From contig CAYOEP010000001.1 of the NCBI GenBank assembly GCA_964403045.1, positions 9,009 to 73,008 on the forward strand: a stretch of 64,000 bases of DNA, in the 5' to 3' direction. Each line of letters opens with the position of its first letter. Within the stretch, counting starts at the first letter, position 1. Below the pieces are notes generated by a model, which searched no databases, had not been told where the DNA came from, and worked only from the letters and a program-made list of their open reading frames with translations. The DNA comes from an uncultured Candidatus Saccharibacteria bacterium. Lineage in GTDB: Bacteria > Patescibacteriota > Minisyncoccia > UBA6257 > 2-01-FULL-56-20. Shown here piece by piece: positions 1 to 9,180 of the stretch. The translations under genes and the position numbers were made by a program.

Positions 1-381
1 CTGTCGCTGAGCACCTCTTCTTCCTTGTTGGCGATCTTTACCACTTTGCCGTCTGGCTGGATAAGCAGCACGCTGCTGTCTTCGCGCACAAAGTAGTCTG
101 CCACGGGATTTTGCGCGACAGCTTCAAATACCGCCCGGGCTTCTTTACTGAGTTTTGTAGGATCAACTACTGGAAGAAGACTGCCGTCTTGGCCGATAAG
201 CCCTCCAGTTTCGGTAGTCGGCTGTGGCGGAGTACCGGGAGGGAGAAGTCCTCCTTGTGGTGTGCCAGGCCCATGTTCTCCCGGGGGCGTTACCGAAGTT
301 CCTCTGCCAAAGAGGAAGTAGGCAATTAGGATGATTGCCGCAATGAGCGCAATGATTCCAACGATAGAAAGAATACGCTTC
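1..381 (-). CDS. Partial CDS running off the window start; membrane-anchored protein (hypothetical)
   Basis: Minus-strand ATG at 381 opens a frame that continues past position 1. It reads MKRILSIVGIIALIAAIILIAYFLF..., one N-terminal TM helix followed by a Gly/Pro/Thr-rich segment. It is absent from the ORF track because it is truncated by the window edge. Confidence 0.5.
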
Positions 382-425
382 ATATTGAATCTGCTAATAA
401 TTATACACTATTGGCATTTGCGCTT

Positions 426-1094
426 TCATTGAACCACTAGACAGGTTCCCCCGGTACGCGACAATTTCACACAGCTTGTACAGGCGTTAGCTTCATTCAT
501 GCAAGCACTCATGGCCTTTTGGGGGCAAGGGGGAAGGGAAGGACAAGAAGCACATGGGCGGGTAAATGCTTCGTCATGAGGAGTTCTCGAGCGTACTTTA
601 CGACAAACAATCACATCTCTTTTTGTAGTATGCACGGTACCACTCATAAGCCATTGTTCGATGTCGTGGGGCACGCCACGCGCCTCGAGTTTTTGGACTG
701 CTGGGTTTTGTAGTTTTGCAATGTCGGGGTTGATGGTGTTGAAGATAAGAGAGGCTCCTACTAAGAGAAGTATTCCAGTGATTGCGCTCTTGATTCTGTC
801 TTTGGCGTCGGACTGCTTTGAGGCGTTGCCTGCCGAAACACTGTACTCAATAGCAGCAATTACGACGGCGCCGAAGGCGAGGAGCCCAACTACCGCGAGC
901 GAGAAGTTATAGAGGTTGCGGACAGTTTCCGCAGGAGTGTTCCCGCTTTCTCCCTCGGGAGTAGGGATGTACATTTTTACGTTAACCGCGTGCACTACTT
1001 GAAATGTAGAGAATATAGAAGCAATGAAGCCGATAATTAAGGCAAGCACAATGATGTTGCCGTTGCTACACTTAACCTTGGGAAGATTTGGCAT
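426..1094 (-). CDS. TrbC/VirB2-like T4SS pilin paralog with a Cys-rich C-terminal tail
   Basis: Two hydrophobic helices and the motif AIEYSVSAGNASKQSDAKDRIKSAITGILLLVGASLIF. The same motif recurs in the four pilin paralogs at 47122-48868 (SGG/AGD-x-EK...L.YAA...L.A). The C-terminal ~90 aa tail carries many Cys. The true start may be an internal Met. Confidence 0.55.
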   Translation of the reverse strand: MPNLPKVKCSNGNIIVLALIIGFIASIFSTFQVVHAVNVKMYIPTPEGESGNTPAETVRNLYNFSLAVVGLLAFGAVVIAAIEYSVSAGNASKQSDAKDRIKSAITGILLLVGASLIFNTINPDIAKLQNPAVQKLEARGVPHDIEQWLMSGTVHTTKRDVIVCRKVRSRTPHDEAFTRPCASCPSLPPCPQKAMSACMNEANACTSCVKLSRTGGTCLVVQ

Positions 1095-1108
1095 TTTCCT
1101 TGTTTTCT

Positions 1109-2323
1109 TTAGGGAAGGTAAGTAAGAGAGAGAGAAATATTTGCAGACGTAATTCCAAGCTGATCAGTGACATTTTCTGCTTCAACCAGAATATTTATTT
1201 CTTTCTTCTGTTTTACGTCAGTCATGTCTATGTCAAGAAAGGTTTGATTTTTGGGATTTGTTACAGAAGCACGATTTCCATCTATTTCCCATGAGAGGAT
1301 GATGCTAGCAAGGGCATCTTTGCTGTAGTAGAATATTTTTGCAGGGAGGCGTGCTTTTTGCGAGGAAAACACATGATGAGGAAAAGGCGCCTCGAGAACC
1401 ACCTTTGGAAAAATTACAGGCACGCGTATGGTAGTTACTGCACCCAGCCTTTCAGGGTGGTTTTTATAGTTTGATACTTCTACTCTTACCCTGTGGTAAG
1501 TATCTCCCATTCTAAATGTGCGGAAGGAGAAAGTCTGCAGCCCTATGCCGCTCTCTATAAGTTCATCATCAAGATACCATCGTATTTGCCTATTCGAGAG
1601 ATCTACCAGCTTATTGTTGTCTATAATATTGAATGACACGTTAATTTTGGTGGAGGGACCAGGGAGAGCTTTTCCTTGATACCCACGCGGTACGACACTT
1701 TCCGCTTTCCAGTCTATGAGAAATTGCACACTTGCTTCCTTGGCAAGTACTTCTTCTTCAGATTGTGGAATAGACATAAGGTAATTATTAAAACTCTCAA
1801 GCAACTTATCAAGAAGAGTGGTTGCTGCAGGATTATCTAAGGAGGGGGGGTTTTTTTCTAACTGTGAGAGCATTTCAAAAAAACTAGCTTCTGTTGTATT
1901 AGTTTGTTTGCCCTCTGTTGTAATATTAAGAGAATTAAGAAACTGTTCTAATGCTTGCTGAGAGGATTGGTTAGTAGCACTTCCGCTATTGAAATAAGTT
2001 TGATTAAGTTGCAATACTGATTTTACACCATCGATGATCTTTTGCCTCATGCTTTTTTTGAAGCCTTCTGCTTTGAGGTTGTTTTCTAACTCTTGGACAA
2101 GCTGTTGCTGATTTAATTTTCCGTTGGAGTATGCATCGAGGAGTGCGTTGCTAATGATATTTTTAAGAGATATTACTTCCGCTGAAGCACCTGCAGCAAC
2201 GGCAGACCCGGCATTTGCGGAGCTTAAGGAGAAAGAAAGGAAGGCTATGACAAATATGACAAAAAGGAAAATTATTGTTAGAAATCTCGCCCTAGCTTGC
2301 ATACTTGCATAATTGTTTACCAT
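1109..2323 (-). CDS. Secreted protein in the T4SS-like operon (hypothetical; helical N-terminal half, beta-rich C-terminal half)
   Basis: N-terminal signal/TM (FLTIIFLFVIFVIAFLSFSLSSANA) and no recognisable catalytic motif. It sits between the VirB4 and pilin genes on the same strand. Confidence 0.5.
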   Translation of the reverse strand: MVNNYASMQARARFLTIIFLFVIFVIAFLSFSLSSANAGSAVAAGASAEVISLKNIISNALLDAYSNGKLNQQQLVQELENNLKAEGFKKSMRQKIIDGVKSVLQLNQTYFNSGSATNQSSQQALEQFLNSLNITTEGKQTNTTEASFFEMLSQLEKNPPSLDNPAATTLLDKLLESFNNYLMSIPQSEEEVLAKEASVQFLIDWKAESVVPRGYQGKALPGPSTKINVSFNIIDNNKLVDLSNRQIRWYLDDELIESGIGLQTFSFRTFRMGDTYHRVRVEVSNYKNHPERLGAVTTIRVPVIFPKVVLEAPFPHHVFSSQKARLPAKIFYYSKDALASIILSWEIDGNRASVTNPKNQTFLDIDMTDVKQKKEINILVEAENVTDQLGITSANISLSLTYLP

Positions 2324-2390
2324 TTACCACTTGTGCTCCTCGGCTTTTACATTATAACATAACCACCCTTCTCGGATGCGCAGAACTCTC

Positions 2391-2741
2391 CTACTTTGAT
2401 GTTCTCGTGGTTTTCGCAATAACGTTTGCTTTTTTTGCAATCTTTGGATTATTAGTAATAAGCACAGTTATTAAAAAGCCGATAGTTTGTCCGAAAGGAA
2501 AGCCAAGAAGATCTGCAATACTTGTTGCAAGGTAAGCATTTCCTCTAACACCTTTAATGTTGAACCAGAGCTGAAGTGAAAACCAGAGGATAAGGCTGTA
2601 GGCTTTTGCAAAAGCAAGTAAAAAAAATCCAAGAATAGGTATAGCTACAAGGAACTCCCCCGCGACATCAAGCCCGTCACTTGCAAAAAGAAGGGGGAGT
2701 ACAATTAAAATTGTGGGGAGAGAGAATTTTTTTCCTTCCAT
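2391..2741 (-). CDS. Small polytopic membrane protein, T4SS-associated (hypothetical)
   Basis: MEGKKFSLPTILIVLPLLF... with about 3 TM helices. The ORF-track start at 2882 overlaps the VirB4 3' end, so an internal Met at 2741 was chosen. Confidence 0.4.
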   Translation of the reverse strand: MEGKKFSLPTILIVLPLLFASDGLDVAGEFLVAIPILGFFLLAFAKAYSLILWFSLQLWFNIKGVRGNAYLATSIADLLGFPFGQTIGFLITVLITNNPKIAKKANVIAKTTRTSK

Positions 2742-2754
2742 AATAGATAATAGA

Positions 2755-4497
2755 TTAGGAACCTTCGTCTGACTCTTGTAGCTCTTGAGCTTGCTCCATA
2801 AGCTGTTTGGGGTCGGTGGTAATAATTTTGTCTTCAAAGTAGGAAGCGATGATTTGAATGGCAACATGGTTTTGCCCCGCAAAGAAAAGGCCGGTCCCCC
2901 GCGGGGCTTCGAGGAGATAATTTTTCTCTGCTTCTGTGAGGTTGAATGCTTTCCCTACCACATCAATAGTCGCGGGCGATTGGCGGAGGAGAAGCTGGAT
3001 AGTGGAGTTGGTGATAATGGGGCGCCCGTATTTCGAGTTCAGGAAATCTTCCACGTCTTGGGTGATGGTGGTAATGCCAAGATAGTACTTTCGCCCCCTC
3101 TTAACAAGACCAAAGAGGAAGCGCGCGCCTTCCTCGTGCTGCATCATTGTCCACGCCTCGTCCACGATGAGGATACGCTTCGCGCGCCGCGCTCTGACGA
3201 GATTCCAGATAAAATTCAGTACAATATACATCGCGATGGGGCGGAGCTCATCTTCGAGATCGCGGATAGAGAAGATAATAAAGCGATTGTTTACGTCGAT
3301 GTTGGTGGGCTTGTTGAGGAATCCCGAAAAGCTCCCCTTGGTGTATTTGTAGAGGCGGTCAGCCATCCCCCGTCCCCCTTCGAGGTTGCGGAGAATAGTT
3401 TCGAGATCTTCGAGGAGCGGCGGCTCCGCTCCGGTGAAGTCTTCTCCTGGTACGATTTCGCGGGAGGCATATGCCTCGGTGATGGCGCGGTCGAGGATAG
3501 AATCCTCCTCGCTACTTAGTGAGCCGCCCAGCATTAGCTTGAGAAGTCCTGCGATATTGACAATATGCGAGCGGAGTACATCAGACGGATCTTCGCCTTC
3601 TGGCACGACGGGAACGTCGAAGGGATTAATGTGCTCTTCTGAGGAAAGGGAAATGTTGAAGTAGCTCCCCCCGAACGCCTCCGCGAGCGGCTTGTACTCA
3701 TTTTCAGGGTCAATCACGATGACTTCCGTGCCCATCATTAGGGAGCGGAGGATTTCCAGTTTGGTGGCATAGGACTTTCCTGCGCCGGATCGCGCGAACA
3801 CGACTTGGTTGGCATTTTCCAGCGAGAAACGGTCAAAGATAATAAGGCTGTTGTTCTGGCGGTTGATGCCGTACATAATGCCCTCGTCGGAGGTAAGGTT
3901 CTCTGAAACGAAAGGAAAGAAGGAAGAAAGCGGCCCCGAGTTCATTGGGTTCGTGATGGAAATTTTGTCTTCTACCATAGGCAGGATGGTGGAAAATCCC
4001 TCGAGCTGCTGGAAGAGTGCTGGCTTGAAGTAGGTAAGCTTCGCGTCCATCAGTGAAAGGACTTTGCTTTCCAGCTTCGCAAGCTCCTCTTTGCTGTCGG
4101 CATAGATTGTAAGGTAAACACCTACGTTGAAAAGTTTTTCTTGTGATTGCTGGAGAAGGTCGCGGAGATTTTCCACATCGTGAAGCGCAGTTTCGAGCAA
4201 GGGGTCCCGCACTTCCCCCTTTTCCTCTTTGTCTTCAAGCTGGGATTGTATCTGCGCGGTCTTTTTTCGGAGCTTCTTGAGCGCGATGCCGGTGTCGACA
4301 GGTGAGATATGGATGGAAATATCGAAAAGATTGGGGAGGTTGATGAGGGGCGCGAACCAGCCGGTGGAAAGATAGCGGGGATAAGAAAGGATATAGAGTG
4401 TTTTCGCAAACTTATCTCCTATCTTGAGATAGTTCGACTCGACTTTGATGCCTGAGGAGGCAATGATTTTTTTGATACTGTCAAACCTTTCTGACAT
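2755..4497 (-). CDS. virB4: VirB4/TrbE/CagE-family T4SS ATPase, C-terminal ATPase part
   Basis: Walker A FARSGAGKSYATK and Walker B ILIVDEAW. Upstream is the conserved PRYLSTGWFAPLINLPNLFDISIHISP region typical of VirB4. Confidence 0.85.
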   Translation of the reverse strand: MSERFDSIKKIIASSGIKVESNYLKIGDKFAKTLYILSYPRYLSTGWFAPLINLPNLFDISIHISPVDTGIALKKLRKKTAQIQSQLEDKEEKGEVRDPLLETALHDVENLRDLLQQSQEKLFNVGVYLTIYADSKEELAKLESKVLSLMDAKLTYFKPALFQQLEGFSTILPMVEDKISITNPMNSGPLSSFFPFVSENLTSDEGIMYGINRQNNSLIIFDRFSLENANQVVFARSGAGKSYATKLEILRSLMMGTEVIVIDPENEYKPLAEAFGGSYFNISLSSEEHINPFDVPVVPEGEDPSDVLRSHIVNIAGLLKLMLGGSLSSEEDSILDRAITEAYASREIVPGEDFTGAEPPLLEDLETILRNLEGGRGMADRLYKYTKGSFSGFLNKPTNIDVNNRFIIFSIRDLEDELRPIAMYIVLNFIWNLVRARRAKRILIVDEAWTMMQHEEGARFLFGLVKRGRKYYLGITTITQDVEDFLNSKYGRPIITNSTIQLLLRQSPATIDVVGKAFNLTEAEKNYLLEAPRGTGLFFAGQNHVAIQIIASYFEDKIITTDPKQLMEQAQELQESDEGS

Positions 4498-4502
4498 AGG
4501 CG

Positions 4503-5225
4503 CTAGGATGTTGCATTGTCGCTGGGAGCATTTTCCTCTCGTGTTTCTTGGGGTAGCTCGAGATCTTCCCGCTCCACAGTTTCCGGATTGTAGAAGTTGT
4601 AGAAAAGCTCTACGATTTCTTGGTCGTTGAGCACCTTTGTTTCCAACCCCATCGCACGGATTCCTCCCTCCACCTGTGCAACCCGCTGATTGAGCTGGTC
4701 GAGGTTGCGTGCAAAATTTTTCTCTGCCTCTTCTTGGATTTTCTTTTCCCGTTCCTTCTTACTCTCTTTTTTGAAGAATGGGAAAATGCCGCCAAATTTC
4801 GCGCCCGCCCCGCTGGCTAGCGAAACGGAGCCGGAGAACGTAACCACGACGAAGAATTTTTTCTCCATAATTTCATTTTCAGCGACGAACGCTTTCACAA
4901 ACTCGCGGTACTCGGTAAGCTGGTCGCGCAGGAGCTCGGACGGCTCTTCCTCAATACGCTTGTCGATAGTGGCAATGTAATGGTCGATATTGAGCTTGCG
5001 GGAGTGCACAATGATCTGCAGGGGAAAATCGATTCCATTGAGAAAATTTTGAAAGCTGTGCGTGAGGATGTTCTGCTCGTCAACTGATTTAAGAGAGAAA
5101 TTAACTCCGGAGACCATAATAATTTTCAAGAGGCGCCCGTCTTTTGCAAGAATTGCACCTTCCTTGAGGTCCTTGATAGGGATAAGGTCTTGCGTGTTGC
5201 CAAAATTCGCAGTGCTGGAGCTCAT
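4503..5225 (-). CDS. virB4: VirB4 N-terminal domain encoded as a separate ORF (split gene, or frameshift/pseudogene)
   Basis: IPIKDLKEGAILAKDGRLLKIIMVSGVNFSLKSVDEQ... matches the conserved start of VirB4/TrbE. It stops at TAG 4503-4505; the next ORF starts 5 nt downstream in a different frame. Confidence 0.6.
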   Translation of the reverse strand: MSSSTANFGNTQDLIPIKDLKEGAILAKDGRLLKIIMVSGVNFSLKSVDEQNILTHSFQNFLNGIDFPLQIIVHSRKLNIDHYIATIDKRIEEEPSELLRDQLTEYREFVKAFVAENEIMEKKFFVVVTFSGSVSLASGAGAKFGGIFPFFKKESKKEREKKIQEEAEKNFARNLDQLNQRVAQVEGGIRAMGLETKVLNDQEIVELFYNFYNPETVEREDLELPQETREENAPSDNATS

Positions 5226-5290
5226 AGAGATGGTAAGATTTTTGCTGCTTTAATTATATCCTGAGGGGGGCAAAGAGAAAAATGTTGTGG

Positions 5291-5794
5291 TTAATAATCT
5301 ACCCGCTTCGCGATCTTGCGTTGTCCTGAAATGTCTTCGAGAACTTCATAGCGCTCTTGCTGGCTTGCTGCCGCCTGCTTCTTTTGGGAGGAAGATTGCA
5401 GTTTGTGCCACGCCTGCTTGAGGGCAGTGCCGTAGATAATTTGGTCGAGGGCAATCCCGCTTTTCTTAGCTTCCTCCCGCAGTGCATCTTTCGATTTTTG
5501 CATATGGGGCTGATCCGGCTTCCACACGTAGGTTTGTGGGTTCCAGATGAAGAAGAACGCGGAGAGGAGGACTTTTGGGAGTTCGCGGCCATTGATTTTG
5601 ATGAAAGCAAGGGCGCCGGCAGCAGAAACGAGCACAAGGGAAATCATAAACCATGTCCCCATATTGCCGAGGAAAAAGAAGAGGAAAAACGAAATCACGC
5701 CCGCAGAGCCCACGTAGAGGAACTGCTTGAGCGTAAAAGGTCCGATGATTTTGTCTTCGGTTTCTATGAACTGGGGAACTTGGAATTGCGCCAT
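5291..5794 (-). CDS. PrgI-family (VirB3-analog) small membrane protein
   Basis: The N-terminus FQVPQFIETEDKIIGPFTLKQFLYVGSAGVISFFLFFFLG followed by a second TM is typical of PrgI-like proteins of Gram-positive-type T4SS. Confidence 0.6.
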   Translation of the reverse strand: MAQFQVPQFIETEDKIIGPFTLKQFLYVGSAGVISFFLFFFLGNMGTWFMISLVLVSAAGALAFIKINGRELPKVLLSAFFFIWNPQTYVWKPDQPHMQKSKDALREEAKKSGIALDQIIYGTALKQAWHKLQSSSQKKQAAASQQERYEVLEDISGQRKIAKRVDY

Positions 5795-5875
5795 AGCTTT
5801 GCTACCAGTATACCGCAGAATGGCCTGCCGCTACACTCTCGTCTCGCGGCTCTTAGGAGCGCTTTTGGGGAGATG

Positions 5876-6898
5876 TTATTTATCGGAAAGCTTTACTTTT
5901 TTGAGATGGGTGGTGTCTACTACCACACGGGGCGGGGTGGTAGCGCGCGGCGGTGGAGGCGGCGGAGGAGGAAGCGTGCCGCGCGCCTCTTTCTGCTGAG
6001 GGCGCGGAGGCGCTTGGGGCGGTGGAGATTGCGCGGAGGACGTGCCAATTTCAACGTGGGCAGGGCGGATATGGACGGTGGCAGACTGGATAGTAGAAGG
6101 AGCAGAGAAATCCTTTTTCTTCTCGAGAACATTTGATTTTACGGAGAGCCCTTTCTTGATCGGGGCGGCATCGCCGCGCTGGTAGAGCATATGCGGGGCT
6201 CGCACGGGAGGTTGCTGTGCGGGGCGGTGCGGTTGCGGCGGTGCGCTTGGCACAGGCGGGTGCGGGGATGCAGGCGGAGGGGAAGGATGAGAAACTGCCG
6301 CCGGCTTGGGAGTTGGCGGCTTGGGGCGAGGCGCAACAGGGGCTTGAGGCTTATGGATAACTACGCGGGGAGTGGAAATGGTGACTTCCTGCTGAGGAGG
6401 CTGCGGAGGTGCCTTTAGCGGAGGAGGGGCAGATTTATGCGAAGAGGTTGGTTGAGGAGGCGCGGAAGGAGGAGCTGGCTGTGCCGCTATTGCTTTTTTA
6501 GGGGGAAGCGTGGGGGGCGGTGTTTTTTTTTCTGGCTCCTGCGTTTCTTCTTCGTGGGGATGTGGGAGCGGCGCGTATACCTTGTCGAGCTCGTCGCGAA
6601 TGCCTTGGAAGATTCGATTCTCGAGGGAATTTGCAATACTTTCAGCAGTTTTGGGGTCAATCGAACTCTCTTGAGTAATAAGATGCGCTGCTTCTTCGGG
6701 ATGGAGAAAGCCGAGCAGCACGAGACCTGTCGCGCTCGCGATGGCAGGAACTTTTTCGGAGGGTATATGATGTTGCTCGGCAATTCGCGAAATTGTTTCC
6801 GCTATTTGAGGAGAGAAAATTAAGTCCTGAAGGAACTTGGGCAGGGTAAGAAATCGCTTGCGCGCCTGCTGAGTTGTAGGAATTGGAATGGCTGCCAT
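5876..6898 (-). CDS. Proline-rich low-complexity protein (hypothetical, T4SS-associated)
   Basis: Long PPxP/PQPP tracts and a poly-P run (PPPPPPPP). A structured N-terminal ~110 aa precedes the low-complexity region. Confidence 0.5.
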   Translation of the reverse strand: MAAIPIPTTQQARKRFLTLPKFLQDLIFSPQIAETISRIAEQHHIPSEKVPAIASATGLVLLGFLHPEEAAHLITQESSIDPKTAESIANSLENRIFQGIRDELDKVYAPLPHPHEEETQEPEKKTPPPTLPPKKAIAAQPAPPSAPPQPTSSHKSAPPPLKAPPQPPQQEVTISTPRVVIHKPQAPVAPRPKPPTPKPAAVSHPSPPPASPHPPVPSAPPQPHRPAQQPPVRAPHMLYQRGDAAPIKKGLSVKSNVLEKKKDFSAPSTIQSATVHIRPAHVEIGTSSAQSPPPQAPPRPQQKEARGTLPPPPPPPPRATTPPRVVVDTTHLKKVKLSDK

Positions 6899-6918
6899 AA
6901 GGAGTTAATAGGAGTTAA

Positions 6919-9171
6919 TTATGACGACGGATGTTCTTCGCTTGTGACGTTGCCCTTTTCATCAAAGGTGGTGCGAGAACGTACATTCCTCGGCGCCTCT
7001 TCAAGGTTTTCTTTGTCCACCGGCCTTCCCGACGCATCGTAGAGGACCACTTTTTCTTTTGTTGGTTCTGGGGATTTCTTCTCAGCCGAAGGCGTGCCGC
7101 CTTTCAGGAAAATCTCCAGCTCTTTCTCTCCCCGGATGCCAAGGATATTAAGCGCAGCGTTGCTGTTGAACCAGCGGCGGTTTTGCGGGCTGAAGTGCTC
7201 CGGCTTGAGCCCGATATCTTGAGCAGTCTTCTGGTAGGCGCCAAGCGCGTTGTTTTTAGCGAGTTCTTTAAAGAATTCCGACAAATTGTGCGGCGAGAAT
7301 CCCTTCGCAATGCCCAGTATAATTTCTGCCCGGAGAGAATGCAGACCAGCAGCATCCAGTCCATATGGAGTTTTGCCCTTTTTGATATCTTCCTCGCTGA
7401 CGGAAAAGATCTTTGAGAGAGCTTCCGGGCTTGCGGCCTTGAGAGCTTTCTCCTTCTTTTCTTTGAGTTTTTGAATTTCTTCTGCAGGGGCGCCGCGTTT
7501 TTCGGCGGCTTCGAGTTCTTGTTTTGCTTCCACGAGAGCAACGCCGGACTTTCCGCGAAGTTCTTCAAATGTCTTGGCACGGTGGAAGCGCTTAAACTTC
7601 CCTGCATTCTCTTTCGAGAGTAATTTCTCGGCTCCTTGTACTTCATTGAGTCGCCCCGCCTTATTGATGAGCTCCAGCATTGCAATTTGCTCGGGGGTGC
7701 TTTTTGCTGCGTGCACTGATTTGATCATCTGGTCTACGCTCATCTTCTTCTCAAGGCGTGCCTTTTCTGCATCTACGAGCTTCTCTCCGTGGCTCCGGGC
7801 GATCGTTTCTAACCCTCTCCCTGCTCTCTTTGTAAGTCTGCCAACGACAGGCACACTGTGAAGTGTTTTAATCCACCCCTCTGCTGCCTCCTTGTTCTGA
7901 AGTTGTTCAGTGATTTTCTGACCTCGTTCTGTTCGCAACGGCGCAGTGGCTATTCTCCCCATGCCTCTCCCGATGCCTCGCGCTCCGCGCGCCGCTCCCA
8001 TGCCCATAAACCTTCCGCCTTTCTTCGCCCATGCCATTGCCGTTCCTGCTCCTGCAATAGAAAGCCGTTGTGCTACTACAAGTCCTCCCCATATAAGACC
8101 AACGACTACCGCAGATTGCAATCCTGCTTTCAGAATATGGGCGAAAGTCTCTGTTATGAACTGAACTATGCCTTTATAGGAATCGCCTTTCGTTGCTGCA
8201 TCGACGTAAGGCTCTGTTGCAACTCCCGCCATTGCTGCAACCCATAAAAAGAAAAGCATAATTGGCGCGAAGATGGTCCACTTGATGAATACCGACCACC
8301 ATTCACTCCAGTATTTTCTCGTAGTTGGAAAGACCCAAAGTACCCAGATAAGTGGCATGATAATAAGAAGAATAGAAAGCACTACATACCGTATGAGGAG
8401 CATTATCCCAATTGCCCCAACGACTACCGATGTCAGAGCAAGTGCAACGGTCATGAATCCGAGCACGACGATAACATAAAATACTCCTTCCGATTGCGCT
8501 GTTTCCGCGAATACCGATTTTAACTCATTAGCGGCTTGTTTATCTAAATGCCCGGAGCCCGGCTCATTTTCCGGCGTAAAAAACCGCTGGGGATTCAAGG
8601 CCCCCATAATCCTTATGGATAAGCCATCCGGTCCATTGAATCCCTTATCGATGATATATGAGGTAAAAGAATCTGCGGTCCCGATAATGGGCCCTACGAT
8701 CACGAGACTGAAGTTGACGAGAAGCGCGGCGATGATGAGCTTTGCGAAGGCTTTCTTGATGCCGTATTCTTGGACACGAAGAATAGTTGCAACAGCGATG
8801 ACAATTAGGATTGCAGCGAAGCCAAGGTTTGCGATAGAAAGTGATGCCTGAAAACCGTTTTCAACAGTTAGATTGTTATTGAGAATATTCTTGCTTACTT
8901 CGAGAATGAGGTCGATAAAGAAGAATTCCACGTTGAGGATGAACGCGAAAAATGTCGCTATTGCTGAGGCGAGCATTCCGACCACATAGCCGAAGAACCA
9001 TTGGAGGGCGCTCTCAAAAGAAGCTCTCGCGGGCAAGGGAGAAGAAATTCCTACGAATGTTGCAACGGCAAGGAGCAGAAATAGGAAGGGGACTAAGGGG
9101 CGTTTCTTGAATTTTGGACGTACCTGCACAATGGTCAAAACCCTTCGCTTTTTTGATGGTTGTATTGCCAT
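6919..9171 (-). CDS. VirB6/TrbL-like polytopic membrane protein with long cytoplasmic C-terminal extension
   Basis: At least 7 TM helices in the N-terminal 400 aa, followed by a Gly/Arg-rich segment (GMGAARGARGIGRGMGR) and a helical, charged C-terminal tail. It lies immediately upstream of the virB4 block. Confidence 0.55.
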   Translation of the reverse strand: MAIQPSKKRRVLTIVQVRPKFKKRPLVPFLFLLLAVATFVGISSPLPARASFESALQWFFGYVVGMLASAIATFFAFILNVEFFFIDLILEVSKNILNNNLTVENGFQASLSIANLGFAAILIVIAVATILRVQEYGIKKAFAKLIIAALLVNFSLVIVGPIIGTADSFTSYIIDKGFNGPDGLSIRIMGALNPQRFFTPENEPGSGHLDKQAANELKSVFAETAQSEGVFYVIVVLGFMTVALALTSVVVGAIGIMLLIRYVVLSILLIIMPLIWVLWVFPTTRKYWSEWWSVFIKWTIFAPIMLFFLWVAAMAGVATEPYVDAATKGDSYKGIVQFITETFAHILKAGLQSAVVVGLIWGGLVVAQRLSIAGAGTAMAWAKKGGRFMGMGAARGARGIGRGMGRIATAPLRTERGQKITEQLQNKEAAEGWIKTLHSVPVVGRLTKRAGRGLETIARSHGEKLVDAEKARLEKKMSVDQMIKSVHAAKSTPEQIAMLELINKAGRLNEVQGAEKLLSKENAGKFKRFHRAKTFEELRGKSGVALVEAKQELEAAEKRGAPAEEIQKLKEKKEKALKAASPEALSKIFSVSEEDIKKGKTPYGLDAAGLHSLRAEIILGIAKGFSPHNLSEFFKELAKNNALGAYQKTAQDIGLKPEHFSPQNRRWFNSNAALNILGIRGEKELEIFLKGGTPSAEKKSPEPTKEKVVLYDASGRPVDKENLEEAPRNVRSRTTFDEKGNVTSEEHPSS

Positions 9172-9180
9172 TACCTCTTT

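Noticed and set aside
2391-2882. Full 163-aa ORF including an N-terminal extension
   Set aside because: The extension overlaps the 3' end of virB4 by 128 nt and is not hydrophobic. It was trimmed to the internal Met at 2741.
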